In this document: piece after piece, positions 51,480-64,000 of the stretch | Layout: the number at the start of each line of letters is the position of its first letter | How positions within the stretch are numbered: the first letter of the stretch is position 1 | Assembly: GCF_036321535.1 (NCBI RefSeq) | Contig: NC_087436.1 | Span: 46,192,001-46,256,000, forward strand | DNA: 64,000 nucleotides | Direction: 5' to 3' | Origin: Camelus dromedarius | Lineage: Eukaryota | Made by a program: the position numbers and the translations under genes | Notes under the pieces: model-generated | Databases searched by the model: none | Seen by the model: only the letters and a program-made list of their open reading frames with translations | What the model was told of the DNA's origin: nothing

Positions 51480-51600
51480 TATTCATTCAACTAATAAGCC
51501 TTATGTGTATTCAGTGTGCCAGGAGCTGTGCCAGGGGCAGAAGATGCAAAATGTGAACAAGAACAAGAAAAAGGCAGTTCTGCCCTCATGGAACTCTGTG
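51480..51600 (-). mobile_element. L2 3'-end fragment
   Basis: attcattcaac...gtgtgccagg...tgaacaag...ctgccctcatggaact. Confidence 0.7.
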
Positions 51601-53496
51601 TTAGAGCACTGCCCCTCAAAATCCTGATATAATGTGGAAATTATTCTTGGATAACAAAGAACCAGCAGCTGGTTGATATATGGGGAAAAGTCAGTGTAAA
51701 TCTGACTTTATTTACATATTTTCTGCTGATCTCTAAGCAAAAGAATTGAATGTAATTTCATTAGTTATTTAAAAGGCATTTCCTAAATATTCATAGCTTA
51801 TTGACTAAAGGCCATATATCAAAATTATAGGGAGTAAGGAAATTTTTAGTATGAGTGCTGATGGCTGATGCCAGATAAACTATATTGTTTTCCTTAGTTT
51901 AATATGTTTTAGGGTTATTTTTACAGCAGTATTATAGTGGAAAATATTGTGAGCTGCATAGCCCAGATGTGAAATATGAAAGCTGGTAGAGACCAGATTT
52001 TATTTGACGATTTGTTTATTGACTTTTAGAATATAAAATAAAAAGAAATCATGTACTTTCATTTAAGAAAACAAATCTTCATTTCATAGAAGACAAATCA
52101 AAGTTTGCTGAGTAGCTCACCTAAAAAAATGACCCAAGTTGTTACCCTGATTTCCTGTAGACTGTGTATATCTGCCAGCTATTGTTTTACTAAGATAAAT
52201 GAATCTCTGCCAGAGGATTTAAAAGCTCTTTTAGAACTATAAAATTCCTTAGTGTACAGAAATAAAATTTGCTGAGCTGAATGTTCATCAAAAGGCAATG
52301 CATCAAGCTAAGAGAAAAATCTCCAGACACACAGGCAGATTGTACATTTAGATTTTCTTGTATATCATGTTAAAACAAAAATTATGGAATGCATCTGTTA
52401 CGAGTCTGAAAACCAGATTAAACCAGAATGGAACCCAACAAGATCTTTCTCACCAGTGAAATGTCAGCTGTGCTAAGATCCAAGGGCAGCCGTGGCATTC
52501 ACTGAGCACTTAGTAAGGGTCCTACCTGACATCTTTGACAGACTAACATCATCCGTTCTGAAGCTCTCCAGCTTTACTGAAGCCAAGGGTAGATGCTTCC
52601 TTGCTTCCCTTTTGTGGCGTGTTTTATCTCAGGTTGATACCTTTTTTTCCCCACTTGGCCCTCATCCAACATGTCACTTGTTTTACAGATTTTTTTTTTT
52701 TTAATATCCAAACTGAGACTGTCAAAGTTCTGTTGTTAGAAAATAAAAAGCATACATTTTAATAATTGTAAAACTACTGTTTATTGGTTTTTCTAACAAA
52801 GTTGATAATCTAGGACTTTTCTTAGTCTTAGTGGTCTTACACACAATGTAGATTGATTTCCTGGCCACTCCCAGTTTCCTGTAGACTATGTATAGGAAAT
52901 ATTAATTATAAAGTCAGGGAATAATGCTATATACATGTAGAATTTTTTGGTTTACTACAATGGAATCTCATTTTAATGCTGTTACGTGAAACAGCATAAT
53001 TAATATTATGAAATTTTTGATATATTTTGCTGTTCCTTTTTTTTTTTTTTTTTGGCTTGGGATTAGGTTGGTTAAAGTGCACCATTTATGAGGCTGAGGA
53101 AACAAATTTAGTTCCTCTGAATCTGAAGTTTTATTCTCTTTCATGACCACACACTGTCCCTTTAATCACAGATCAGCAGCCTCACCAAGATGTGTTACTG
53201 ATTACAGGGAGAATCCAGGCAAAAGAATGAGGATGGCTTGAGGCTAATCCATCTTGACTGTGGGACATCAGCTTCTCATGTGTGATGTAGGGTTACTTTC
53301 AGGGATGAAGATTATCGTGCAGAGTATCCTGTCTATGTGATAGAATGCCATGTTATAACAGAGTTCTGCTGCGTTGCTTGCCATAAAATAAGATGGTGGA
53401 TTCTCATGTTAGATGAAACTCATTGTCTTTAATTTATTGAGGGACAAAGGCAGCATTAAAGTAAGCTCACCATTTGGACAGCTAAAGTTAGGACAT

Positions 53497-54005
53497 TGTT
53501 CTGGTTATCTATTTTTGTGGAATAAGCCACCCCCCAAATAGCAACAATCATTTAATGTGCTTACAGATCAGCAGTTTGGACTGAGCTTATCTTTATTCCA
53601 TGTGGAGTCCACTGGGAGGGCTCAAATGAGGCTTCAGAATCCATTTCAAAGAAGATTCACTCATATGACTCGCAAGCTGGTAGTGACTGTTGCTGGGAGG
53701 TTAACTGGAGTTGCTGGCCAGGGTTCTCATTTCCTTTCCACATGAACCTCCTTGTTGGGCTGTTTGGGCTTCTTTAACAGCATGGCAGCTGGATTCCAAG
53801 AGCAAGTATTTGAAAAGACAGGAAATAGAAGCTGCCAGCCTATTAAGTCGTGGGTCTGGAAACTGGCTCAATGTCTCTTGTGCTATATTCTATTAGGCAG
53901 TTAGTCACAGAGCCCACTCAGATTTAAGGGGAGGGAACATAGTCCTCACCTCTTGATGGGACGAGTGTCAGATGATTTACAGATATCTGTAATTTACCCA
54001 CCACA
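53497..54005 (-). mobile_element. MaLR LTR (MLT1G/H-like)
   Basis: tgttctggttatctatt...agcatggcagctggattccaagagcaag...gaagctgcc...cccactcagatttaaggggaggg...cacctcttgatggg...caccaca. Confidence 0.85.
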
Positions 54006-54661
54006 TGTCTTATAGTGAGTAGAGAAGACTGTCACTATCTCAGTAAAAATATAGGTACTTTGGCATTTCTGTAAACTCAAGATTGGAATCTGTTCGTCAC
54101 ACCTCAAAACAATGGAATCAAGTCAACAGATATCATGATCTGACAGTTAGCATTCTAGAAATCCACTATAGCTTTTGAGTATTTTTGTTTTTATGTACAT
54201 ACCGACACATGAGTCCCCTGTAGTCAATTTGAAGTCATTACTATTTCCAGGCAGAAACAGGCCACCTTTTGTCAGTGGTTTCAAAATATTTTCTATTATA
54301 CATCTCTATAATTATTTGTAAAAAAATATTTCTTCTACTGCCTTCTCCATATGGTGAAGAATGTTAAGTAGAGACTATGTCACTAATTCTTATACTCTGT
54401 CATTCCTGAAGCAGAGGACAGATCTTCTTTGCCTCCCTCTCTGTTAATGAAAAGTTTTGAGCATGTATCATTTGTACACCAGACTACTAATATTTTGTCT
54501 CCTTTATAAAAAATAGAAACCAAGAAAGTAAAAGATTAAAAAATTAAGCAGTTATATTATTTTATCCTCACATGCCTCGGTTTGTGCACCTCATTTTAGG
54601 GAACTCTAGAGTGCATTTTTTTCCCTCCTTCTTTGGCTTCCCACTTTCTTCTCTATCTATT

Positions 54662-55166
54662 TGTGGCAGATAGTTTGAAAACTATTCCTTCTCTCCCAGT
54701 ATAATATTCCATTCTTCATGTCAAGAAGTGGAATCTAATTCTCTTCCCTCTTAATCTGCGCTGGCTTTGATCATCTCTTGATTAATAGAACATGGCAGAA
54801 GTTGTGTTATGGAACTTCTGAGGTTCTATGAAGGTGTGCAACCTCTTCCTAGGCTTTTAGAATGCTGGCTCTTGGGATGTTCCCTTTTGGAACTCTGCCT
54901 CCATGTTGTGAGAATGCCAAGCCATGCAGAGGATCTGTGTGTAAGTGCTCCTGTTGCCAGTCCAGCTGTTAGCCGGATGAGTGGGCCATCTTGGATGTCC
55001 AGCCCAGTCAAGCCTTCAAATGGCTGTAGTCCCGGCCATCATCTACAACCATGTAAGAGAACCACCCAGCCAAGCCTCCAGAACCATGAGACAGAATAAT
55101 AAATTGTTCTTTTAAGTCACTAAGTTTACAGGTAGTCTGCTTTGCAGCAGTAGATAACCAGAACAC
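54662..55166 (+). mobile_element. MaLR LTR (MLT1F/G/H-like)
   Basis: tgtggcag...tcaagaagtggaatctaatt...tagaacatggcagaagt...ccatcttggatgtccagcccagtcaagccttca...aataaattgttcttttaagtcactaagttt...gcagcagtagataaccagaaca. Confidence 0.85.
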
Positions 55167-55199
55167 CATTCTTCCTTATTCTCTTGATTGGTCTTCCTA

Positions 55200-55395
55200 T
55201 TATTAATGCCCTATGAGTCATGAAAATTGTCATTAAGAACATTAAAATTTGAGTATTATTTTATAGACAAGGAAACTGAGGCTCAGAGAGGTTAATTGAT
55301 CTCTTTAAGGGCAAACTGTCAGGAAATAAAGAGTCTAGAATTCAAAATGTAGGTCTTTAGGATATGAAAGCCCATGTTCTTTCTACTACAGTACT
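55200..55395 (-). mobile_element. MIR SINE
   Basis: attttatagacaaggaaactgaggctcagagaggttaa...aaagcccatgttctttctactaca. Confidence 0.85.
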
Positions 55396-57246
55396 CCTCA
55401 GGTCAGACTGCATGCCATTGTGAAATAATAGGAAATATCATTCAACGTGGTTGCCTGGGGTTCTAAACAGACCATAGCAGGTAGAAGCTCTTGTTGAATC
55501 CTTGGATTTCTTGGAGCTTGGAAAGAGGTAAAGCAAACAACCAGATTAGAAATATATTTGGCAAGGTCAGGATCCCAGCAATGAAGGTATCTCTAAAAAT
55601 TCACATAAGCACCCTGCAAAAGTAAAAGCTTTTAAATGTCTTCCAGGTTAATAGAGTGCGATGTCAGTTACATAAGAATGTTCGTGCCACCCATACCTTT
55701 TCTCACTCCATAATTAGGATCATCCATCTCCCACCCAATTCTGGAAGAGTCAGAATGAGGAGCTGTCATGTAAGACAGGAGATGAGCTAGAAAGAGAGAA
55801 GTCCCCCTCCTCCCCCAGATGGTAGGCTGTATCCTGGGGTGGTGGGATCGCTGGACCATGGAGTGAGGCTGGTAGCCTAAATAGTGTGTGACTGACTTTC
55901 TAGGTACCAGATTGAGATATTTTTCAACTTAAGGAAAATACAGGCATTTTTTTAACCTAAGAATTAGCAAAAAGGTCATGATTGTCTGAGTTTTAATCCA
56001 GGGCAAGGGAAGAATTTCACCCACTGTACAAATTCTAAAGAGACAGTGGGAGACAAAATTATGTCATGTTGCAGTTTTATCTATTGACCTGTGCTGGTTC
56101 AACTCACCTGTCACGTTGCAGGTAGACGTCACTGTGCAGTGTTTCATAGGGTGAGCAGCAACCAAATAGAGACAGCTTGTATATTGAACGTGGTTAGATT
56201 ATGAGCTCTTTTGGAATGGAAGTGAATTTTTAAATTTTAAGCAAAGAAAGATCCCTTTGTGGAAAGAACAGAGACAGAGATTGTACACTTTTTAAAAATT
56301 AAAATTGTGAAAATTTGGTACAAAATATTATAGTTATTCAATATAAAATGGAGTTTTCTAACGATCATATTATGTGGCTTGCAATTTGTTTTGATGATTA
56401 TGCTATTAGAGAACTTTCAGCTCTTAAAGTGGTTTTTTTGAGGCTTCTCTTCTTTATGTTGCTCCCTGTCTCTTTCCTTCCTGAAATTGTTTCATCACTA
56501 AACTACAGTAAAATTAATATATAACAAGGCACAAATATTGTGCTTGAATACTTATTTTTGAGAGCAAGTGTTTCTGTTGAAAGATTAGTATTAGTAAAGA
56601 GTGGAAATATCATATAATCTTTTCGGTGAGATAGACACATTATGTAGAAATGTTCATAGTTTGTATCGCAAGGATAATAATTGTGTTTTATTTACCAAGG
56701 TAGTTGAAAGAAAGCAAAGGACAGTTATTAATGTTATTACTGATAAACACTTTCTATTCTATTTTATGGATTTTAAATGAAATATTTTCCCCCGAAGACA
56801 TCAAAGTTTACCACCACATATCTGGAAAGAAATAGAGCTTATCGGTTAATCTTTTCTGCTTTATTTTACATTTTAATGCTGCCTCTATTTTTATTGAATA
56901 AAATACTCTTAGGAGTTCACTGGATCATCAAGTTGAATGTGAACATATCAGGACGTCTCATTTTTTCTGGCATAATCTATCAGCTATTCGGTATAATAAC
57001 ATCTCTACCATTCAGTATTGTTTTGTGATTAGCTTCACCTGCTTTTGGAAACAGGAACAGATATGAGCTTATTCTGAATATGCATGGAGCAACTGACACC
57101 CATTGTTTTTCTGTCCATCCTTTCTTGCATAGAACTCTCACTTAGGTTGTTAAATTATTTGAAAATATGAATAAGTCATTGATCTTTAACAACAGATGTC
57201 TAGAGGAAGGGGATCTGCAAAAAAGATGCCCTTATTTAACATTCTT

Positions 57247-57385
57247 TTTTTTTTTTTTTTTTTTGCAGGGGAAAGGTGATTAGGTTTCTTTACTTATTTG
57301 GCTTTTCAATAGAGATACTGGGGATTGAACTCGACCTCGTGCATGCTAAGCATGTGGTCTACCACTTGAGCTACACCCTCCTTCC
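57247..57385 (-). mobile_element. tRNA-derived SINE, camelid vic-1-like (second copy)
   Basis: Minus strand reads gagggtgtagctcaagtggtagaccacatgcttagcatgcacgaggtcgagttcaatccccagtatctc...aacctaatcacc...poly(A). 14-bp TSD t(a/g)tttaacattctt at 57233-57246 and 57386-57399. Confidence 0.9.
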
Positions 57386-60300
57386 TGTTTAACATTCTTC
57401 ATCATAAAAATTGAAGGCATACTCACTGAGTATAATCAATACTGCAATAGTAAAATATATCATTCAGTTAACTGCTGCTTATTATATGCTACCTATTTTC
57501 TCAGGTCAGTGCTAGGAGCAGGAGGTAGAAAGTGTAAGAATAGTCTGGTTTGTGTTTGTGTGCTTAATGAAAAGCGAGAAGATGGAGAAGGAAATGACCT
57601 TGCTCAGGGCACCTTGAATTCCGTGTGAGACGATTCTATCATGTCTGTAGTGCAGAACTCAGGAATTCCAATGTGATATGATGAAGGAAAGCCATGCAGA
57701 CTCATGATATATGTGTGCCTCTTTCTCTCCAAAACAGAAGCAGAAATATTTGAGTTATCACTTTCCTCCATAATATGGTTCTTTGTAGTGTCTTCAGTAA
57801 AATTAATAGTCTTTTTATAGAACAGTATATTGGATTTAAAAAAAAATCTAAAATCACTAGGCTGATTACCTTTTGAGAAAAACTCCTGTTTTTAAACTAC
57901 CTGATTGAGATCTAAAAATGTAAATTTTTCCTATGCACTAATATTTTTTTCCCTTGGGAAAAAATTTTGACTATAGGGTTCTGCACCGTCTGCTAGGCAG
58001 AGTGAGGTAGAGGCTGTAGCTTCAGGATGTGGAACAGTGTCTGCTAAGAAGAAATGCCTCTGTATATGTTTGCTGAATGAATGCATGTAGACCACAAGAA
58101 CGTAGTATACTAAGTGATTTTATTATTTTTGGTGTACTGAGTTACCTGTGTTCAGAAGCAGAAGAGCTGGAGGAACTCATTTCTCCAGTCAGAGCGATTT
58201 TTCCCAGACTGATGCATGGTAAACGAAAGGTCCGCTTCAGAGCTGTTAGGGACACTTTAGCTCTCCCAGGTGTATGATTTTCACATTAGTGGATGTTATG
58301 CTCTAATTAGCTGAGGGTACACACATAAAGGGTACACACGTATAATCTCTTTCTATTTTGATCTTTTAAGCTGCAAGACACCTAGTTCATGATCACTGGG
58401 AAAAGCAGTGATTACAAATGAGCCTGCTTTAGAAAGGCTAGGCAAGGTGTTTCAGTGATTCTGGAAGAAGTTTAAGAATGTCTTAGTAAATGGTGTCATG
58501 ATGTCATGTTGGAAAGCTGTTCTTTAATAGAGGAAGTTCTGCTACTGTTACTGGTAACGCCGTGTGGGTAGGACTGATCTGCAAAACATTACTCACTCTA
58601 TAGGTCTATTTGAATGATTGTCAATTAAATATTCACTTTCTTTTGTTTCTAACTTTTTCAACATCCTGAAGTTTCCCTTTAATGAACCATAGCAAATATG
58701 GTTAGTAATCACTAATTCAACATAAATGAAGTTAGGAAAATGTCGTGAGTTACTGGGCGATGTTTAGTGCTTATTTCAAAACAACAGTTAGCCTGTTTTT
58801 TTTTTTTTTTTCTGTTTTCTGTTTTCTTCTGCGTTATCTAAACAGATAAGCTGCTATTTTTTCACTAATGTTCCCTCAAGGAAAAACCATCCACTAGAAA
58901 AGTAGCATTCTGAGAAATTTCAATGAAAAGTGATATTCAGCACCTGAGCTATATCCTAAGTATTTTGTAAGAGATAGAAGCCTCAGGGACAAGCCATCAG
59001 CAGTGAGAATGGAACTGTACTGAGGACCTAGAATGATCCTCTCACAATTCACTCAGACTCTGATATTACCTTACGTCACTACAACTATGCTCCAGGAAGA
59101 CTGCCAAGATGTTAAAGCCTCCCTCTCCAGCCCCCAGAGCTAACTGATGACCTGATATGGGAGGCCTTGACTCTGCCGTATCACATATACATACAGTGAG
59201 GTCCACTGGCAGCTGGCATACTCATTGCCGATTTCTTTGTTTGGCAACTTCCTAAAACAGTATAGGGTAGGCAGAAATACTTGGAGCTTCACAGAAAAGC
59301 GAAGAAGTCTATTAGTGAACCCCAATGTGAAGGTAAACAGGATGTTAACTAGGGTCACTAATGTGTTAGATTTCAGGTTAAGGGCTATAATTTATGGGTT
59401 GAATTGGTAAAATTCTGGCTTTTTTGTTTGCAATAATAAATTTTATTTCTAAATTCTCTGCAGAAATTAGATGCCTAAATCAGATTTCTGTACACAACTA
59501 AGGAATTTTAACTAAAAGAACCCCATTTGGTTGAGTTTGAGGCCAAGTTCAGCTGATTGGATGGGTCTTCAGGGGTTGCTGATGTATTACACCAGACAGT
59601 AGACATGAGGGAGTTGTCAGACTGCCACTGAGGCTTTCCTTTTCCCACTTATCCCCTCCCTGGTTCTTGCCAAATCTGCTTTGCATTTGAAGTTGATTGA
59701 AATGGGTCTCACTGTTAACCTGTCAACTGAAACCCCTGTGATTTAGAAGGCTTTTTGTTCATTTCATTGGTGCAAGAAATTGAAGTGAGAAATCTGGATC
59801 CTTTTAGAGCATTGGAGATGACCAAACAGAACAGCATCTGGACTTACCCCCAATTAATGGAAAAGTGTTGTCAGGTGCAGGGGATGAAATTTTTTTTTAG
59901 AAAGGTGGTCCTTCGGTGCCAAAAGTTTGTTGTGGTTAATGACCTCTCTGGAGCTGTTCAGAAAGTCCCTGGAAAACATTATGAAGAATTATACCATCTT
60001 GGATTTAGGTGCATTTATTCTTCCTAGGACCACAAAATGCTTTCATATATAGGTTATCTCATTTATCTTCATAACATCAGCATGAAATAGTTTGTGGCAA
60101 GTGTAATTATCCACTCTTATGGAGAGAGAAGTGGGGTGCCACGGGAAACCAGAGAGTCACAGAATGTTTATGTTTTGTAGTGTTTTGCTTTCCAAATAGA
60201 TGAAAATACTCTAAAATACTCTTTATTACATGAGGAATCTATTTATTATCAGTGAGCTGTGTACAGTAGAAAGATGTTAACCATTTTGTGCCCTAAGATA

Positions 60301-60714
60301 ACTTTAGGGAAAAGCCATAAGCTGCTATCTATTAAATCACTTTATATATTATGCCTGTTTTTGGTGAATTGAAAGGGCTATGAGTGAAAATGAATTTGTC
60401 TGGAAAATGGGTTAAAATAATCTTGTTCTTGGTCCTTGCAAACTGGAAATTTAACTTGTACAGCAGTAATGAAACAGAACCAGATGTTATTTTCCAGGGT
60501 AGAAAGCAGCCTGACATGAACACCTTGGTCATGGAGTCTGGGGGTTGAGCCAAATGCAAAGCATTGTTGCTGTATTACATCAGAGATGCTGTGAAGAAAA
60601 ATGATGTAAAATTATGGGAAGTGAATTGGATTCTTCAGAAAAAAGAAGGTGTTTGGTAAATTAAGTATGTTGTCAAGAGCCCCTGAAGTATATTTGAGGA
60701 AGGTGTTAGATGGA

Positions 60715-61180
60715 ACTTTATTAGGTAGAATAGGAGATTTTCTAAGGCAACGAAGAATCTAAAAATACAGTGACAATCAAGATAGAAGATTTTATCCTCT
60801 CTTGTAATTCAGAGTAAGTGGTCAGGGTGGTCTGGCAGGCTGACAGTATCAGGAACCCAAGATCCTCTGTCTTCTATATTCAATGAGGAGCCTTTCATTT
60901 TATGGTCCATGATGACTCTTCTTATTTTCCCTTACCATGTCGGTATTCCAGTATATGGGGGGGTGGGGCAGTGTACAAACCAGAAGTCCTACATATCAAA
61001 GTCTACCCACAATCCCTTGGCCAAAACTTATTCCTGTGGACACATCTAGTTTCAGGAGAGTCTGGGACATGCGGTCTTTAGCCAGGCAGCCGTATGCTTG
61101 GCTGAAATGTGGAGGGCTGATACTAAATCAAGAAGGAGAGAATGCATGCTGAGGAAAACCCAGCAGTCTTCAAGCACAGA
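60715..61180 (-). mobile_element. Old MaLR LTR (MLT1J-like)
   Basis: aaaatacagtg...caagatagaag...tcaggaacccaag...cccttggccaaaactt...aggagagtctgggacatgcggtctttag...agaaggagagaatg. Confidence 0.65.
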
Positions 61181-61619
61181 AACATATTGTTGAAAATTTT
61201 TAATCTATTTTAAGATATATCAACTTTATGATTGTTTTAGAGTTAAATGCTATCCTGTGTGCTCTCTGGACAATATTGCTGATGAATACATTTTCTCCCA
61301 TAGATTATCTTTAACTCATTTGAGATTCATGAAGTAACAATCATTAGGATAATGAATTATGTATTTCTTATATTACATGACAAATATAAGTCCATTGCTT
61401 TGCTGTGCTCCTTGATACTTTACATTGCAATAATCATTGCCTGATAAAGAAATTCCTTTACACCCACCGCTTCTCTCCAACACATGCACTAAGATAGCAA
61501 AGTTTGGAGGTAGTACTAAGAATTTACTTAACGTATCTATTCTGTGTTACAAAATCAAATTTATCAGTCATGGTAGAATCAGAAGTACTATGTAACTCCA
61601 AGAGAAGGTAGTGAACAAA

Positions 61620-62190
61620 CTCCCAATTGTTCATCGCTGGTACATAGGAAAGCAACTGTGTTTGTGTGCTAACTTTGTATCCTGCAATCTTGCTATAATT
61701 GCTTACTAGTTCCAGAATTCCCCCCCCCCCCCAGTTCTTTGGGATTTTCTACATTAACAACTTGCCATCTGTGAAAAATCTATATACTTTTTATATCCTT
61801 TTCTTGTTGCATTAGCTAGGACTTTCAGTATGATGTTGAATGGGAGTATTAAGAAGGGACATTCTTGCATTGTCCTAGTATTAGAAAGCTTCTAGTTTCT
61901 CACCATTAAATATGATGTTAGTTTTTTTTAGTAGATGTTATTGTCAAGTTGAGGAAGGTCTCCTCTCCTCCTAGTTTTTTGTGAACTTTTATGATGAATA
62001 GATGCTGGATTTTGTCAGATGCTTTTTCTGCGTCTATTGATGTGATCATAGGAATTTTCTTCCTTAGCCTGTTGATGTGATGGGCTACATTAATTGGTTT
62101 TTGAATATTGAACCAGTCTTGTATAGCTGGAGTAAATCCCACTTGGTTGTGGCATATAATTATTTTTACACATTATAGTATTCAATTTCT
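61620..62190 (-). mobile_element. L1 ORF2 reverse-transcriptase-region fragment (decayed)
   Basis: ORF 61918-62142 GFTPAIQDWFNIQKPINVAHHINRL...SIDAEKASDKIQH matches L1 RT [24 protein letters not shown]...ISIDAEKAFDKIQH; the flanks are frameshifted. Confidence 0.95.
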
Positions 62191-62299
62191 CTTTAGTATT
62201 TACTCTGTTCTTTGTGATAAATTACTGAACCAAATCATACCAACAGAAAATGTAGCCTTTTTTTCATAGTAGTCTTGTGTTAAATTAGTACTGAGTACA

Positions 62300-63110
62300 G
62301 ATAGGATTTAGAAACTGATTGTGGTCGGTGAGGAAGAGGAAGTAATTAAAGATCACTCTAAATTGTTGAGATTTGTTGAGTATATTAATGGAGAAGGAAA
62401 AGACAAGAGGAGAAATATATACTCAAAAATATAATATTTTTGCAAAGTTATTAAAAAGTATTTATTTTTGTGGTTCTAGTGGTGTGGCCAGGAGGAGATA
62501 TATATCAGGTAACTGAATACGCAGAAAACAAATTGAAGATAGAGGATTTTTGGAATTTTCTGTGTATTAATGACAGTTGAAGCAGTACAAGTGAATGATG
62601 TTGTTAAGGGAGAGATGGAAAAGAGATGAAAGATTTGAAAAGGGAATACTTATACATAGAGAAATAGAGGAGTAACAAGAACCAACAAAGAGACTGAGAA
62701 GATGCTTCTCAGAGGAGAGCCAAAATAATATAATATCATAGAAATAAAAGGAGGAATTGCAAGGACCAAGAGTTGTAATCAGCATTGAATGTGAAAGAAA
62801 AGTTGAAAAGATGAGGACCAAGCAAAGAGCTATGTATTCGATAATTGTAAGTTCATTGATAGGATTTTTTCCCTCAAAGTATAAGGAGTGGAAGTTAGGA
62901 TGCATAAGGTAAAATAGGGAGTGGAAGTAATGATTATAGACAACGCTTTCAGAAATGTTGACAGTGAAAAGAAGAGAGAAGAGAAGTTAACTGAAAGGCA
63001 TGGCAACACTGAAGGAGGTATCTCATCAGCAGTGAAGTTTTAGCATGTCTGATTGCTGGGTCAGAGGAGCCACTGGAGAGAGAGATTGAAGATTCAAGAT
63101 GGAAAAGGAA
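62300..63110 (-). mobile_element. Degenerate L2 region
   Basis: Purine-rich: aaagatcactcta...aacaaagagactgagaag...aagatgaggacc...tatagacaacgctttcagaa. Confidence 0.6.
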
Positions 63111-63234
63111 TTTTAGATACAATGAGGTTACCATTTAATATATTGCTGCTTCAAAATTAGCCATCTATGTGATTGGTTACTGAATGATTTAGATGTCTTT
63201 TAGAAAGCTTTACACTTTAATATATAAACATGTA

Positions 63235-63642
63235 TATCAATTAGTTTAGGTGAGGTTGTTCTTCATAACCTGCAATACCCAAATCTCAGAGCTTGAAATC
63301 ACTAAGGTGCATTTCTTGCTGACACTCTGTGTATATCATGTAATAGGTCAGCTGGGGATTTTGCTGCAGTTCACTTTTACTCCAGGATCCCGGCTTATAG
63401 AGCAGCTCTCTTCCTGAGCATTGCTAGTCACTCTGGCAGAGGGAAAAGAGAATGGTAAATTAAACACTGGCTGTGTAAGCTTCCAACTGCAAGTGACTTT
63501 CAGTCACTTTCACTCTCATTTCATTGGTCAAATCAAGTCACAAGATCATGTTGTCTTCCCAGGGGTGGGAAGTACAATCTTAACACATGCCAGGAAGGAG
63601 ATCTAACCAGAGTATTCACAAACATCCCTTATGACTACCATA
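63235..63642 (-). mobile_element. Old MaLR LTR (MLT1I/K/L-like)
   Basis: aataccc aaatctcagagcttgaaa...tttcttgctgac...ggcagagggaaaagag...aagtgac...tcacttt cactctcatttcattggtcaa...gggaagtacaatct. Confidence 0.7.
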
Positions 63643-64000
63643 AGGAGTATACTGTGCATTACTATATTGAGTTAATGTTATCAAAAAGCTAACATTTATG
63701 TTCATTTCTGTAAAAAGTTGGGCAATGGACTTTTCTTCAGGAAAATAATCCTATATTACAACTTGCTTCTAAGGGGAAAATATGATTGAATTATAGCTCA
63801 TTTACAGTTACAATGTCATTTTCAGAAATGACATTCCAACTGTGTCCCAGAAGTACACAATATGGTGATAGAAACATGAAAGGAATGCATTGGATTTTTA
63901 CAAATTACCTAAAATTAAAGTTTGAAATAACTAACTAACTTTGTTAAATAAAATTAACATTTTTCTTAGTATTAGTTGACTAAAGACCCTTTTCATTCTT

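Noticed and set aside
61918..62142. Reverse transcriptase ORF as part of an active or novel RT system
   Set aside because: Short, decayed internal fragment of ordinary L1 ORF2 with frameshifted flanks.

Overview
AT-rich, CpG-poor mammalian nuclear DNA, most likely camelid (alpaca/llama/camel), judged from two tRNA-derived SINEs resembling the camelid vic-1 family at 27010-27166 and 57247-57385. I recognise no intact protein-coding gene. The window looks like a long intron or gene-poor region filled with old repeats (L2, MIR, L3/CR1, L1M, MaLR LTRs, MER5, MER82, MER94) plus a few younger insertions with clean target-site duplications (TSDs). The only identifiable gene-derived feature is a full-length, decayed RPS3A processed pseudogene (2879-3738, minus strand). 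Points worth checking: a candidate 96-nt coding exon (39259-39354), a CR1/L3 ORF2 remnant still in frame over about 80 codons, a short insertion apparently copied from 1.1 kb away, a CpG/GC-box/YY1 cluster near 1.0-1.5 kb, and several repeat-free blocks that may be conserved enhancers. I found no evidence for a novel multi-gene system. Repeat subfamily names come from my memory of consensus sequences, and boundaries are approximate unless a TSD is given.
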